Notes: generated from the sequence alone by a model not told the origin. A stretch of 64,000 nucleotides of DNA from Candidatus Latescibacterota bacterium (GCA_965237525.1 CBDEFO010000004.1:160001-224000), one strand, 5' to 3'; counted from the stretch's first letter, positions 31,694-42,390 are shown. Translations and numbers: made by a program.

Positions 31694-32731
31694 ATGATAT
31701 TCCAGACCCTACTAAGATTCTTCCGACGGCTGAGAAGATTAAGATACAAACGTGTGATCGTCTTCGGGGCTGTCCTCCTGATCTTGGGCACCTTCGGGAT
31801 ACTCTACTTTGAAAAGGGGGAAAACGATCAGTTCTCGGACTATAAGGACGCCGTCTGGTGGCTCTTTGTGACGATGACCACAGTCGGCTATGGAGATAAG
31901 TTCCCCGTGACTTTAGGAGGAAGGATCACAGCCGGAGTCGTAATGATCATCGGCATCGGGCTTTTGGGAGTGCTTATCTCTGTGATTACGGAAAATCTCT
32001 TAGAGAGCAAAATAAAGGAAGACAGAGGCATGAAGAGCGTAACAGTCAGGAGACAAGTGATCTTGTGCAACTGGGGCACAAAGGCTCGAGACATCATAGA
32101 CGAGTTTATGATGGATTCAAAGATGGCAGATACACCTATAGTGTTGATAGATGACATGGAACATAAGCCCCCGATAGATCAGGAGAACGTGCTCTTTGTC
32201 AGCGGGGACAGCACGTCCGAGGATACTCTAAAAAGGGCGGGAATATCCGACGCGGAAACCGTTATTGTGCTCTCAGACGAGGACGTCGAAGTCTACTCAA
32301 GGGACGCAAAGGCGATACTGACCGTCTTGACCGTAAAGTCTTTGAATCCGGATGTCTATACCTGTGTAGAGCTTCTGGATGCGGAGAACACTCGGCACGC
32401 CGAAAGAGCCAAGGCAGATGAGGTGATAGTCACGGGTGAGATTTCCAGAAGGCTTTTGGCCCGCTCCGCTCTGGACCATGGGATCTCGAACGTGGTATCT
32501 GAGCTCGTGTGCGGCAGTTACGGAAACGCATTCTTTAAAGTGGATATAGCTCCCTCTATGATAGGTCAGTCTGTGGAAGATCTCCTCCTGTCTTTAAAGA
32601 AAAATCACAAATCTACGTTGATAGCTATAGAGAGGGGAAAGGAAAATATCACCAATCCCGAACCTGGTGAGATTATTCAGGGGGGCGATCGCCTGATCGT
32701 CCTTACACAAAAAAGACCGAGTCTGACTTGA
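31694..32731 (+). CDS. potassium channel with TrkA (RCK) domains
   Basis: TMTTVGYGD selectivity filter followed by RCK domains. Confidence 0.92.
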   Translation: MIFQTLLRFFRRLRRLRYKRVIVFGAVLLILGTFGILYFEKGENDQFSDYKDAVWWLFVTMTTVGYGDKFPVTLGGRITAGVVMIIGIGLLGVLISVITENLLESKIKEDRGMKSVTVRRQVILCNWGTKARDIIDEFMMDSKMADTPIVLIDDMEHKPPIDQENVLFVSGDSTSEDTLKRAGISDAETVIVLSDEDVEVYSRDAKAILTVLTVKSLNPDVYTCVELLDAENTRHAERAKADEVIVTGEISRRLLARSALDHGISNVVSELVCGSYGNAFFKVDIAPSMIGQSVEDLLLSLKKNHKSTLIAIERGKENITNPEPGEIIQGGDRLIVLTQKRPSLT

Positions 32732-32749
32732 GAAAGGGGGAAAAGGGCT

Positions 32750-33271
32750 TTGAGCATGTTTGGAAGGGCAAAGGCGATATTCAAGTCGAGGAAAAAGAGC
32801 AAGCCTTCATCAGAGAAAAAGACCGTTCAAAATCTGGGAATAGGCGACGTTGTCTCCTATTACGGTCAGGACTTCATAGTTAAAGGGAGCATTAAATATT
32901 CCGAGGGAGGTGACCTGTGGTTCGGGTACAGGCTCGTTGAGGGTGATGAAGTCAAGTGGCTCGGCGTCGAAGAGGACGACGGCCTTGAGCTTACGTTCTG
33001 GGAGAAAGTAAAAATGCGTATTCCCAAGCCTGTTCCGGATGTTCTTAACTACGAGGATGAGGAATTCGAGTTAGAGGAGCACGGACACGCAAAGACTACA
33101 TTGACTGAAGAGTCAGGGAACGCCAGGATACTGGATGTGGAGTACTGGGATTTCGAAGGGAAGGACGAAAATCTCCTGTCGGTCGAAAGATGGGGAGAAG
33201 AATACGAGGTGAGCGTAGGAAAATCCATAAATGAGTATGACATAGAGGTCTATCCAGGGAGTTTGGATTAG
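32750..33271 (+). CDS. DUF4178 domain protein
   Basis: Pattern GDVVSY..W..Y.L..WLGVEEDD..LSVERW. Confidence 0.75.
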   Translation: MSMFGRAKAIFKSRKKSKPSSEKKTVQNLGIGDVVSYYGQDFIVKGSIKYSEGGDLWFGYRLVEGDEVKWLGVEEDDGLELTFWEKVKMRIPKPVPDVLNYEDEEFELEEHGHAKTTLTEESGNARILDVEYWDFEGKDENLLSVERWGEEYEVSVGKSINEYDIEVYPGSLD

Positions 33272-33378
33272 TATTGCATTGTAGCTCTGCTTCTCTACAA
33301 GCCAAGGACTTGCACGAGTTACGACCTGCTGGAAGCGGCGTGAAAATCTCTCCTTCGGCCTATCCACAGGAGGCCGTC

Positions 33379-34521
33379 ATGGAATGCATAACTAGCAGCG
33401 TTCTTATACTATTAGTGATCATTGGGACATTGACCTTGCCGGAGTTGGGTCTCGCGCAGGATGAAAGCGTGCCGTCAAAAGAAACGTTGTTGGCGTTGTC
33501 AGCGTTGGAAGGGCTGCACGCCAAGCTCACTGGACGTGCGGATGTGACCCTTGACGAAATAGTTATGGAAGCCGCAAGAACTGTATATCTCCCGGAGAAC
33601 AGGGCGCGCACCACTTTGGCGATGCTAATCGGCAAGGCGACCTCCGATAGCAAGGTGGAGGGAGATTCCCTGAAAGTGAAAAAGGAGATTGAGCAAAGGG
33701 CAGCAACCCTCTCAGGAGTGGAACCTGATACTCTTTCCCTCTTCGTCACTGAACTGTTGACCTTGACGCAGGCCTTCCTTGAAGGGGGAGAGAACCCTTT
33801 CATGGATGAAATCCTGGGTGAGGCGGCGGATGCAGTGAATCTAGATGAAAACAAGGGCAACAATCTTGCTCGGACATTGGTTTATTACGCGGCAAAAAGG
33901 CTACGTCCTCTCCCTCGGAAGGAGATAAAACAGATACCGCGCGCAGCCTATGTGCTCGCCGTTAACTTACAAGCGTCCGATCGGTCCATTGATGACCGAA
34001 AGATGAAATCTTGGAGCAAGAAAACAATAAGGACCGGCACCAGCTACATAGCGGAAAAGTTGAGCAAGTCTATGACAATGAGTAGGAGGTTCAGGCGGAT
34101 AGTGCCTTCTTACAACATCGTGGATTCGAAGAATCTAATGGCAGACTATCTGCTTGTGCTCCATGTGGAGAGCGAGACTTGGGACTGGGTGAAGGATACA
34201 AGGGAAAGGGCCGAGAGAGATCCAGACGAACTCCTGGTCTCAAAGAAGAGAAAGAGTTATTGGGAGAGAAAACGTGAGGGCAAGGTATACGAGATTACCG
34301 TTGAACTTGAGGAGAGGATCGAGATGCTGCCCGATGGGGAAAAAGTGTGGAGTGACCACGCAACACTGAAAAGATATGTGGATGAGCTAAGCCGCACGGT
34401 GAAGCAAGACGAAACCTTTATCGCAAGGGGTGAGTGGAAGATCTATGAAAGCTCAGTCCGGCACGGCATCTGGGACCTCGTAACCCGTCAAGCCATCAGG
34501 GATTTCACCAAATTGAAATAG
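33379..34521 (+). CDS. exported hypothetical protein
   Basis: Long ORF with signal peptide and AGGAGG RBS. Confidence 0.65.
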   Translation: MECITSSVLILLVIIGTLTLPELGLAQDESVPSKETLLALSALEGLHAKLTGRADVTLDEIVMEAARTVYLPENRARTTLAMLIGKATSDSKVEGDSLKVKKEIEQRAATLSGVEPDTLSLFVTELLTLTQAFLEGGENPFMDEILGEAADAVNLDENKGNNLARTLVYYAAKRLRPLPRKEIKQIPRAAYVLAVNLQASDRSIDDRKMKSWSKKTIRTGTSYIAEKLSKSMTMSRRFRRIVPSYNIVDSKNLMADYLLVLHVESETWDWVKDTRERAERDPDELLVSKKRKSYWERKREGKVYEITVELEERIEMLPDGEKVWSDHATLKRYVDELSRTVKQDETFIARGEWKIYESSVRHGIWDLVTRQAIRDFTKLK

Positions 34522-34544
34522 CGACTATCGGAAGGAGGTATATC

Positions 34545-36221
34545 ATGGAAACTTTTCGGTCTTTGTTGGCGTGGCAGGGACTCCTGGCGCTCTGGATAGT
34601 CGGACAGGTGCTCATATTTGCGATGACACGATCAGTCTGGGCAGAGGTAGAACTCGATGCTGTCAGGACGATATGTGTGTGCTCAGTCGTTCAGAAAGGA
34701 AAAATACTTGCCCCGGATTTCAGTGAGTTTTTGGCGGGATACCTGGACAACGTCAAGAACTACACGCTCCACAACCTCGATGAGTACAACTTAAAAGAAA
34801 GATTCATACTTAATCGGGAAAAACCAGAGATGCCTGCGCGAGAGAAGGCCGCTGAGTTAGGTGCTGACGCCCTGCTTCTCGCAAAAGTAGAGGACTTCAA
34901 GGACTACGATCGGAAAGGAAAGGTGGAGCTCCGTCTGTTCGATGTGAAGAGCGGAACGGAGATCCGAAAATGGTCCGCGATGTTCGAAGCGCCGTACTTC
35001 GATCCTCCCTTCTACCGTAACACCCAACCCTACGGCAACCTTGATGAGGTTTTCGCAGAGTTTCCCGTTAAGACGTACGAGGCTCCTATAGAGATCAGGT
35101 TGCTGGTGGTGTCGGATCAGCGCCTCAGGGGCGAGGGACGCCGTACGAAGGACTATTTGATGTCCCAATTGGCCCTTGCCTCCCGGATTATGGAACGAGA
35201 ATTCGGCATGAAACTCATCGTTGAGCGGGTTAAGCGATGGCGGCCGCCCGAGGGCAACATCACCAGCATAGCCAAAGCGGCTGCGAGCATTCCGGGCAGA
35301 GAGAATGTCAATCTTACCTTGGTGAGTCTCGGCCCTCCTGCTCCGACTACTTACTGGTCCAGACCAACGGCTATTGGCTATGCGCGCCTGCACACCAACG
35401 TCTTCGTGACGAAGATCATGAACGCCCACGTCTTTGTTCATGAGATTGCGCACGTCTTCGGCGCTATCCATGTCGACCAGGAGGGGTGCATTATGCAACC
35501 TATCCTTGCACGTCATCGAATGACAGAACGAATCGAGATTTTGCCTCACATAATGTTCAGCGAGACTAACAAACGGATAGTAAACGTTTCAAAGTCCATC
35601 TCGATCGGAGCGGACTACGAGCGCCATCTGGACAAGATCTCGAAGCTCGCGTCGATCTACGAGGAACTGAAAGAAGATCATTTGGCAGAGCTCGCATCTT
35701 ATTATTCTAGATTGCTGGTGAATCTAGGCAAGATCGACGAAGCTCTCGAACTACTTCAGGATGCGCTAAAGGTAGACCCGACCGATTCCGTGCTCCGGTA
35801 CTTTCTCATAGAAAATCTCCTCAAGGCAGGAAGATATGAGGAGGCACAGCAGCTAAAGCAGGCTGATTTTGACCTTCGCAAGGCTAGGTGGAAGCTCAAG
35901 GACTATGCCTCAATTCGTCTTTCGACTTCCTTTTTGATCTTCGGGGAACTCTCCGCCGGCAGACACAAAGTCAGGAAAATCACCGTATCCAACTTGGGAA
36001 CAAAGATGCTCGAGATATCCCGGATTACCTCACCGGCAAAACCGTTTTCTCTATCGGAGGACTTGCCCAAGACCCCGAGGGTGGAAACAGGGGAATCCCT
36101 GGACATAGAGGTGATCTTCCGTCCTGAAGAGGTTGGTTCGTATCAGAGCACATTTGAGATCTTTAGCAATGCACGTAAAAAGGGACTCACTTCGGTGAGC
36201 CTAACAGGTCGGGGGATATAG
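34545..36221 (+). CDS. metzincin (M12-like) metalloprotease with TPR and C-terminal Ig-like domain
   Basis: HEIAHVFGAIH zinc motif, CIMQP Met-turn, and ITVSNLG..LEI..F.P Ig-like domain. Confidence 0.75.
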   Translation: METFRSLLAWQGLLALWIVGQVLIFAMTRSVWAEVELDAVRTICVCSVVQKGKILAPDFSEFLAGYLDNVKNYTLHNLDEYNLKERFILNREKPEMPAREKAAELGADALLLAKVEDFKDYDRKGKVELRLFDVKSGTEIRKWSAMFEAPYFDPPFYRNTQPYGNLDEVFAEFPVKTYEAPIEIRLLVVSDQRLRGEGRRTKDYLMSQLALASRIMEREFGMKLIVERVKRWRPPEGNITSIAKAAASIPGRENVNLTLVSLGPPAPTTYWSRPTAIGYARLHTNVFVTKIMNAHVFVHEIAHVFGAIHVDQEGCIMQPILARHRMTERIEILPHIMFSETNKRIVNVSKSISIGADYERHLDKISKLASIYEELKEDHLAELASYYSRLLVNLGKIDEALELLQDALKVDPTDSVLRYFLIENLLKAGRYEEAQQLKQADFDLRKARWKLKDYASIRLSTSFLIFGELSAGRHKVRKITVSNLGTKMLEISRITSPAKPFSLSEDLPKTPRVETGESLDIEVIFRPEEVGSYQSTFEIFSNARKKGLTSVSLTGRGI

Positions 36222-36299
36222 TTAGGACTCCCATTTGCATAGAATGAACTGAAAAGAAGCTCGGGCGAGTCAAGGCGCTATTCAGTATCTGTGCAACAG

Positions 36300-37518
36300 A
36301 TTATGACTATGTTATTTTTGCTATTTGACCGGACAGGAGCACAAGGGATAAAAAGGAACTCTATAGGATTTAAGAGCTTTTTCACTATACTAGGACCTGG
36401 CATCGCGATTGCGGCTACGGGCGTGGGCGCAGGCGACACGGTGGCTAGCAACTGTGAGCGGAGCCAATTACGGGCTGGTGATATTGTGGGCGGCCGTTGT
36501 CGGAGCCATCTTGAAATACGCCTTCACCGAAGGACTGGCGAGGTGCCAGTTATCCACAGAGACGACAATCCTGGAAGGCTGGGTCAAAAGATTGGCGCGT
36601 CCGGCTCTAATACTACTTTTTGGACTACCCTGTGCTCTGGTCCTTTATAGTGGGAGGCGCCTTGATTTCAGCCTGCGGCCTTGCGGCATATGCTATGTTT
36701 CCTGGATTGTCGCTGAACACTTGGGCTATCCTACATTCGCTTGCCGCATTCGCCATAGCCCTGAAGGGAGAGTACATCTGGTTTGAGAGGATTATCTAGT
36801 TCTTCGTGGGAGTTATGTTCGTCACGATAGTCGGAAGCGCGCTTTGAGTCTGGCCCGGCACTGTGTCCGTGCCGAAATCCCTGATCCCAAAAGTTTCCCA
36901 GGGATCGTGGAAATTCCTCTTGGGAGTCGTAGGCGCTGTAGGTGGAACCTTGACTCTGCTGTCGTACGGATACTGGATAAAAGAGAAAAGATGGAGCGGG
37001 ACCAGAATGCATGAACGCCATAAGAATAGACCTGTCCACCGCATATATCTTGACAGGCTTATTCGGCGCGGCGATCAGAATCCTCTCGTCCGATGTGCTC
37101 TATAAAGGAGGCATACAAGTATCGGGAAAAGAGGGTGTCCTGAAGATGGCACAGGTTCTTGGAGGTGTCGCAGGAGAAGCGGGACGTTGGATATTCCTTG
37201 TAGGGTTCTGAGGCGCTATCTTTACTTCGGATCTGGGAGTCGAGCAGGGAGTGTCTTATATGTTTGCAGACTATGTAGCTCTTTTGAAGGGACTTTCACA
37301 GGAGGAAAGAGAAAGGACAGTAAGTTCAAAATCTATATGGTACAGAGCGTATCTGACCTTTTTAGCGTTCCCTCCTATATATGAACAATAAGAGGGAATG
37401 GATAGGACAAAAATTGAAAAACGGCGTCCCGTCCAACGTCGTCTTGATCTTGGCTCTTGTCCTTTTGGGCTATCTTTGTGTAGGACAGATCGCAGAAATT
37501 ATCGACAAGTTACGGTAG
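36300..37518 (+). pseudogene. NRAMP-like divalent metal transporter with several frameshifts and stops
   Basis: Frame-split LGPGIAIAATGVGAGD, LKYAFTEGLAR, GAVGGTLTLLSYGYWI and FLVGF*GA. Confidence 0.8.
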
Positions 37519-37582
37519 ATCAATAATAATTCACAACGTTTTAGGGCTGTAAGCGCACAAACACAAAAAGGAGGTAAGGCAA

Positions 37583-38020
37583 TTGGAAGCGATACTCAAT
37601 CAGTTAGGTCAGTTAAGAGAGGCGGCTCTCTATTTCGTCGTGGGCTTGGTCGTGCTCATAATCGGGCGTAAGATTTTCGATTTAGCTACTCCCTACAACA
37701 TGAACGAAGAGATAGGAGAGAGGAATAACGTAGCCGCCGGAGTCACAGAAGGAGGATTCTACGTGGGCTTGGCGATCATAACCCACGCCGCCATAGCCGG
37801 AGGCTACGCTCTGGACTCTTTATGGAGCGACGTGCTCAATTCAGCGATATACTTTGTGTTCGGCCTCGTTGCTTTAGCGGTCGGCAGGAAGGTTTTGGAT
37901 CTGATAACGCCGTTCAGCATCAATAAGGAGATCGTGGAGGATCAAAACGTAGCTGCAGGTGCCGTTGAGGCAGCTTTTTACGTAGCTATAGCGATCATTA
38001 TCCACGCTACGGTGTCTTAA
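37583..38020 (+). CDS. DUF350 membrane protein
   Basis: Duplicated TP(Y/F)..EEI...NVAAG units. Confidence 0.85.
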   Translation: MEAILNQLGQLREAALYFVVGLVVLIIGRKIFDLATPYNMNEEIGERNNVAAGVTEGGFYVGLAIITHAAIAGGYALDSLWSDVLNSAIYFVFGLVALAVGRKVLDLITPFSINKEIVEDQNVAAGAVEAAFYVAIAIIIHATVS

Positions 38021-38285
38021 ATGAAAGCATAAGCGATAGCGGAAAGGATCGAGTAAGATGCTTCAAACAGCTCAAGTAAACCATTTTGAGCTGAGATGTC
38101 GAGATACAAAACTGGAGAGCACTTCCGAATCTGGGCACCTTTGGGGGCTATGTAACCTTGGACTGCGGGCTATACGTGCTTCGATTACCTACTTTAGAGA
38201 ACCCCATTTCTGGGCGCTATTATGCCCCCCGAAGTTCTTTAGATCAATGTCCTATTTGGCATTCGCTACAGTGGAAGCAAGAAGA

Positions 38286-38420
38286 ATGAATATACGAGAA
38301 TCCCAGATTGAAGATATTTTTGCAACATCCCAGAGCTGTTAAGAGGAGTCATACAGATAAGTGAAGATGCAACGTTGACTGCTCGCCAGAAGATTCTTCG
38401 TTCCGGGAATAAGATAGTAT
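38286..38420 (+). pseudogene. remnant of a NucS-like endonuclease gene
   Basis: MNIRESQIEDIFAT then, after a frameshift, PELL..ARQ..L.SGNKI; truncated. Confidence 0.35.
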
Positions 38421-38701
38421 TGCTATTCGTTCTTTTATTTTAACTTACATTAGACTGCAAAAATTGTGGATGCACTTGGAATTTCTAAACCGGAGGTGTA
38501 AAGAGGAATTAAATGCGCGCTGTAGGCATTATCACAATGTCCTTGGTTTTACTGCTTTTGTAAATATAGACCTACCGTCCTCTCGGAAACTCTGGGAAAG
38601 ACTCTTATAAAATGAGGTCGTGAACTTTAAGACATATGAAAGTCTTTTTGAAAGAGGAAGAGCTTCGATGAGGGTTATCTAACCAAAAGGAGGTAGTCAA
38701 A

Positions 38702-39370
38702 ATGGGAAAAGGAATGTTTTCTCGTATAGCTGACATTTCAAAAGCCAACATGAACGCACTTTTGGACAGGGCTGAGGACCCTGAGAAGATGATCAAGCAG
38801 ATGGTGATAGAGATGGAGGAAGCCGTAAATAAATCCACAACGTCTGTGGGAGTGGCTATCGCCAACGAGAAGAGATTAGGAAGGGAGTACGAAAATAAGA
38901 AGAAGCAGGCGGAGGAGTGGGAAAGGAAGGCGGTGTTAGCTGTGGAGAAGGGAAGCGATGACCTCGCCAGAAAAGCTTTGGAGAGAAAGAATGCGCTGGC
39001 GAAGGCGGCAGGTGATCTTTCGCCTGTCTTGGAGGAGGCAGGAAATACAGCCGGGCAACTAAGAGGTCAGCTGGATCAGTTGAAGACAAAGCTTGAAGAG
39101 GCTCGTGTTCGTCAGGGCACTCTAATAGCCCGGCATAGAGCGGCGCAGGCAAAAAAAGAGCTCGCTCAAAGCGTCTCAGGACTGGGAGGAGACGCCTTTG
39201 CAAGCTTTGACAGATTTGAACAGAAGATCGAAAGTTCCGAGGCCGAAGCCGAGGCTCACGCTGAGCTTGCAGGAGAAGACTCGCTGGATGACGAGTTTGC
39301 CAAGCTCGAGCAGGAAGGCAGTGCGGACGATGAGCTTGCCGCTTTGAAGGAAAAGATGAAAAAGAAGTAG
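38702..39370 (+). CDS. pspA: PspA/IM30 family protein
   Basis: FSRIADISKANMNALLDRAEDPEKMIKQ and DDLARKAL. Confidence 0.92.
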   Translation: MGKGMFSRIADISKANMNALLDRAEDPEKMIKQMVIEMEEAVNKSTTSVGVAIANEKRLGREYENKKKQAEEWERKAVLAVEKGSDDLARKALERKNALAKAAGDLSPVLEEAGNTAGQLRGQLDQLKTKLEEARVRQGTLIARHRAAQAKKELAQSVSGLGGDAFASFDRFEQKIESSEAEAEAHAELAGEDSLDDEFAKLEQEGSADDELAALKEKMKKK

Positions 39371-39397
39371 ATGCGTCGACTTAGGATTATTAGGTTG

Positions 39398-39437
39398 AAA
39401 GGGCTGTCTGCACGCATATCACACAGACAGCCCTTTT
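39398..39437 (+). terminator. intrinsic terminator
   Basis: AAAGGGCTGTCTG / CAGACAGCCCTTTT hairpin downstream of pspA. Confidence 0.75.
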
Positions 39438-39629
39438 AAATGCTTTTTCATAGTGCAGAGACAATTTGCATATACTCTGCAGAGAAAAGACAGAGCAAGA
39501 ATCTTACTTGACAAAACTGATAAAATGAATTAAACATTAGTTAGAGACATGGATCTAAATATAGATATAATTGTGATCAAAGTTGTCTGCAGAGAGACTC
39601 CATTTGGGAGATTACAAGGATGAAAAGCG

Positions 39630-40919
39630 ATGTCGGAATCACTCTTTTCCGAGGCAAATCAAAGACTTGAAGAGGCTCTTCGCTACGCGACTCTGACGGA
39701 TGATGCCATTGAACGACTGAAACTGCCCAAAGCCAGTCTGAAGGTCTCCATTCCAGTTCGCATGGACAACGGAGACTTGAGAATCTTTCCCGGGTATCGC
39801 GTGCGTTATGACGATACACGAGGGCCTACGAAAGGAGGCATCCGATTTCACCCAAGTGTTTCTGTTGATGAAGTCCAAACCCTAGCCTTCTGGATGACTT
39901 TCAAATGTGCAGTCTTAAACTTGCCCTTTGGCGGAGCAAAAGGGGGAATTACCGTCAATCCGAAGGAGCTTTCGAAATTTGAATTGGAGCGGCTCAGTCG
40001 TGGGTATATTGATGCGATTGCAGATTTCATCGGTCCCGATATTGACATCCCAGCGCCGGACGTTTACACAAATCAGATGATTATGGGTTGGATGATGGAC
40101 GAGTATAGTGTTATTAAGCGGCAGATCGTCCCCGCTGTGATCACGGGAAAACCGCTGACTATGGGCGGAAGTTTAGGTCGTCAGACGGCAACAGCTATGG
40201 GGGCATTCTTTGTAATGGAAAACGTGATGCCCAAACTCAATCGCTCCGCAGAGTCCACGACGGTTGCCATTCAAGGATTTGGGAATGCCGGTTCTATCCT
40301 TTCAGAGCTGTTATTCCAAGCCGGCTATAAGGTCGTTGCCATCAGTGATTCCAAAGGAGCTATCTATTCCCCAAATGGATTACACATTCCCAGCGTCAAA
40401 GAATTCAAAGAATCTACCCGAGGCCTTAAAGCGGTCTACTGTGAAGATTCCGTTTGTAATATCGTCGAACATGAAATCCTCACCAATGAGGAACTTTTAA
40501 CATTAGATGTTGATGTCCTGATTCCAGCAGCCCTTGAAAACCAGATTACATCAGCCAATGCCGATGGCGTGAAAGCCAAACTCATCTTTGAAGTCGCAAA
40601 TGGGCCAATCTCTCCTGCTGCCGACAAAATTCTGGAGGAGAAGAAAATTCTCGTCTTTCCTGATATTTTAACCAATGCAGGCGGTGTCACAGTGAGCTAC
40701 TTTGAGTGGGCACAAAATCGCACGGGCATTTACTGGACGTCCGACGAAGTGAATAGCCGCTTAAGAGGGAAAATAGTTGAGGAGACTGAGAAAATCTGGG
40801 CGATTACGCAGGAAAAAACGATCTCACTACGTGCAGCCGCATATGTCCATGCATTGAATCGCATGGCGGAGGCAGTTAATGCTAAGGGTACAAAAGATTA
40901 CTATATCCGCGATGACTAG
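39630..40919 (+). CDS. gdhA: Glu/Leu/Phe/Val dehydrogenase (glutamate dehydrogenase) 1
   Basis: RGPTKGGIRFHP, GGAKGG, PAPDV, QGFGNAG and NAGGVTVSYFEW. Confidence 0.92.
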   Translation: MSESLFSEANQRLEEALRYATLTDDAIERLKLPKASLKVSIPVRMDNGDLRIFPGYRVRYDDTRGPTKGGIRFHPSVSVDEVQTLAFWMTFKCAVLNLPFGGAKGGITVNPKELSKFELERLSRGYIDAIADFIGPDIDIPAPDVYTNQMIMGWMMDEYSVIKRQIVPAVITGKPLTMGGSLGRQTATAMGAFFVMENVMPKLNRSAESTTVAIQGFGNAGSILSELLFQAGYKVVAISDSKGAIYSPNGLHIPSVKEFKESTRGLKAVYCEDSVCNIVEHEILTNEELLTLDVDVLIPAALENQITSANADGVKAKLIFEVANGPISPAADKILEEKKILVFPDILTNAGGVTVSYFEWAQNRTGIYWTSDEVNSRLRGKIVEETEKIWAITQEKTISLRAAAYVHALNRMAEAVNAKGTKDYYIRDD

Positions 40920-40978
40920 ACAGTTGAGAGCATATCAAATAGACTGTAGAGGATTGTGTACCTAAAGAAAAGGTCAAG

Positions 40979-42235
40979 ATGGAAAAGAAAAATGAAGTCA
41001 ATCCCTGGGAGACAGCCTTGCGGCAGTTGGATAATGCCGCCGAAAGGCTGAATTTAGATCAGGGCATACACGAGAAATTAAGGCATCCTGAAAGGATACT
41101 GATAGTCTCTGTGCCCACAAAAATGGACGACGGAAGTATCAAGGTCTTTACGGGCTACAGAGTGCAGCACAGCTCAACAAGAGGGCCATCCAAAGGGGGC
41201 ATAAGGTATCATCCGGACGCGAACTTGGACGAGGTGAAGGCTTTGGCTATGTGGATGACGTGGAAGTGCGCTGTGGTGAATATCCCCTTCGGAGGTGCAA
41301 AAGGGGGAGTGACATGCGATCCTAAGGAGATGTCCCTCGGAGAACTTGAGCGGATGACCCGGAGGTTTGCTTCGGAGTTGACTGTCATCCTTGGGCCAGA
41401 TAAAGACATCCCCGCTCCCGATGTCTATACGAACGCTCAAACTATGAGCTGGATAATGGACACCTACAGCATGAACGTGGGACACACTGTTCCGGCTGTG
41501 GTGACCGGCAAGCCCCTATCGATCGGAGGGTCGCAAGGAAGAGAGGAAGCCACAGGGAGAGGATGTGCTCTGGTTATTGACAATGCTATGAAGCATCTGG
41601 GGATAGATATTGATAGCACAGAGGTAGTGGTCCAGGGATTTGGAAATGTAGGCAGAGCAGTAGCTAAGATCCTACACAGCATTGGATATAAGATTATAGG
41701 GGCAAGCGATTCGAAAGGAGGCATTTACAATACCAAAGGACTCGATCCGAATGATTTGATTGAGCTTAGAAATAGCGGAGTATCGCTCTTAGAGTACCCC
41801 GATGGCGATAAGGTCACCAACCAGGAGCTTTTGGAATTGGAGTGCGACATCCTTATACCCGCCGCTTTGGGGAATCAGATCACAGAATCGAACGCGCCCA
41901 GGATTAAAGCCAAAATAGTGGCAGAAGGAGCAAACGGGCCGACAACACCGGATGCGGACAATATCCTCTACGACAGGGATATCTTCGTAATCCCGGACAT
42001 CCTTGCCAACGCAGGCGGTGTTACAGTCTCGTATTTTGAATGGGTTCAGGACCTCCAGGAGTTCTTCTGGAGCGAGAAAGAGGTCAATTCGAGGCTTCAA
42101 AACATTATATGCGGGAGTTTTGAAGAGGTCTTTAAGACTCACCAGAAAGAGGATGTGGATATGCGCAGAGCCGCATATCTTCTGGCAGTGGACAGAGTCG
42201 CAGAAGCAGTCAGAGTGAGGGGAATATATCCCTGA
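40979..42235 (+). CDS. gdhA: Glu/Leu/Phe/Val dehydrogenase (glutamate dehydrogenase) 2
   Basis: RGPSKGGIRYHP, GGAKGG, QGFGNVG and NAGGVTVSYFEW. Confidence 0.92.
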   Translation: MEKKNEVNPWETALRQLDNAAERLNLDQGIHEKLRHPERILIVSVPTKMDDGSIKVFTGYRVQHSSTRGPSKGGIRYHPDANLDEVKALAMWMTWKCAVVNIPFGGAKGGVTCDPKEMSLGELERMTRRFASELTVILGPDKDIPAPDVYTNAQTMSWIMDTYSMNVGHTVPAVVTGKPLSIGGSQGREEATGRGCALVIDNAMKHLGIDIDSTEVVVQGFGNVGRAVAKILHSIGYKIIGASDSKGGIYNTKGLDPNDLIELRNSGVSLLEYPDGDKVTNQELLELECDILIPAALGNQITESNAPRIKAKIVAEGANGPTTPDADNILYDRDIFVIPDILANAGGVTVSYFEWVQDLQEFFWSEKEVNSRLQNIICGSFEEVFKTHQKEDVDMRRAAYLLAVDRVAEAVRVRGIYP

Positions 42236-42240
42236 TCATA

Positions 42241-42390
42241 AGTAGACAGTAGCCCCCGATTGAATCTATCGGGGGTAGACAGGGCACATCCTCCCCCTAA
42301 ACCTAAACCCGTCATTGCGAGTGATCCCTGATAGATTCAATCGGGAAAGCAATCTCTGTTAGACTATCTCCCATCCCATGCTGTCTACTG
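42241..42390. repeat. composite repeat cluster (AGTAGAC units, two palindrome copies, GTCATTGCGAG REP)
   Basis: TAG-CCCCCGATTGAATCTATCGGGGG-TAG at 42250-42278; GTCATTGCGAG..GATAGATTCAATCGGG..GCAATCTC at 42311-42356. Confidence 0.8.

Noticed and set aside
38058..38342. 94-aa ORF or IS200-like remnant
   Set aside because: No convincing motif; only the 3' end resembles the start of a nuclease gene.
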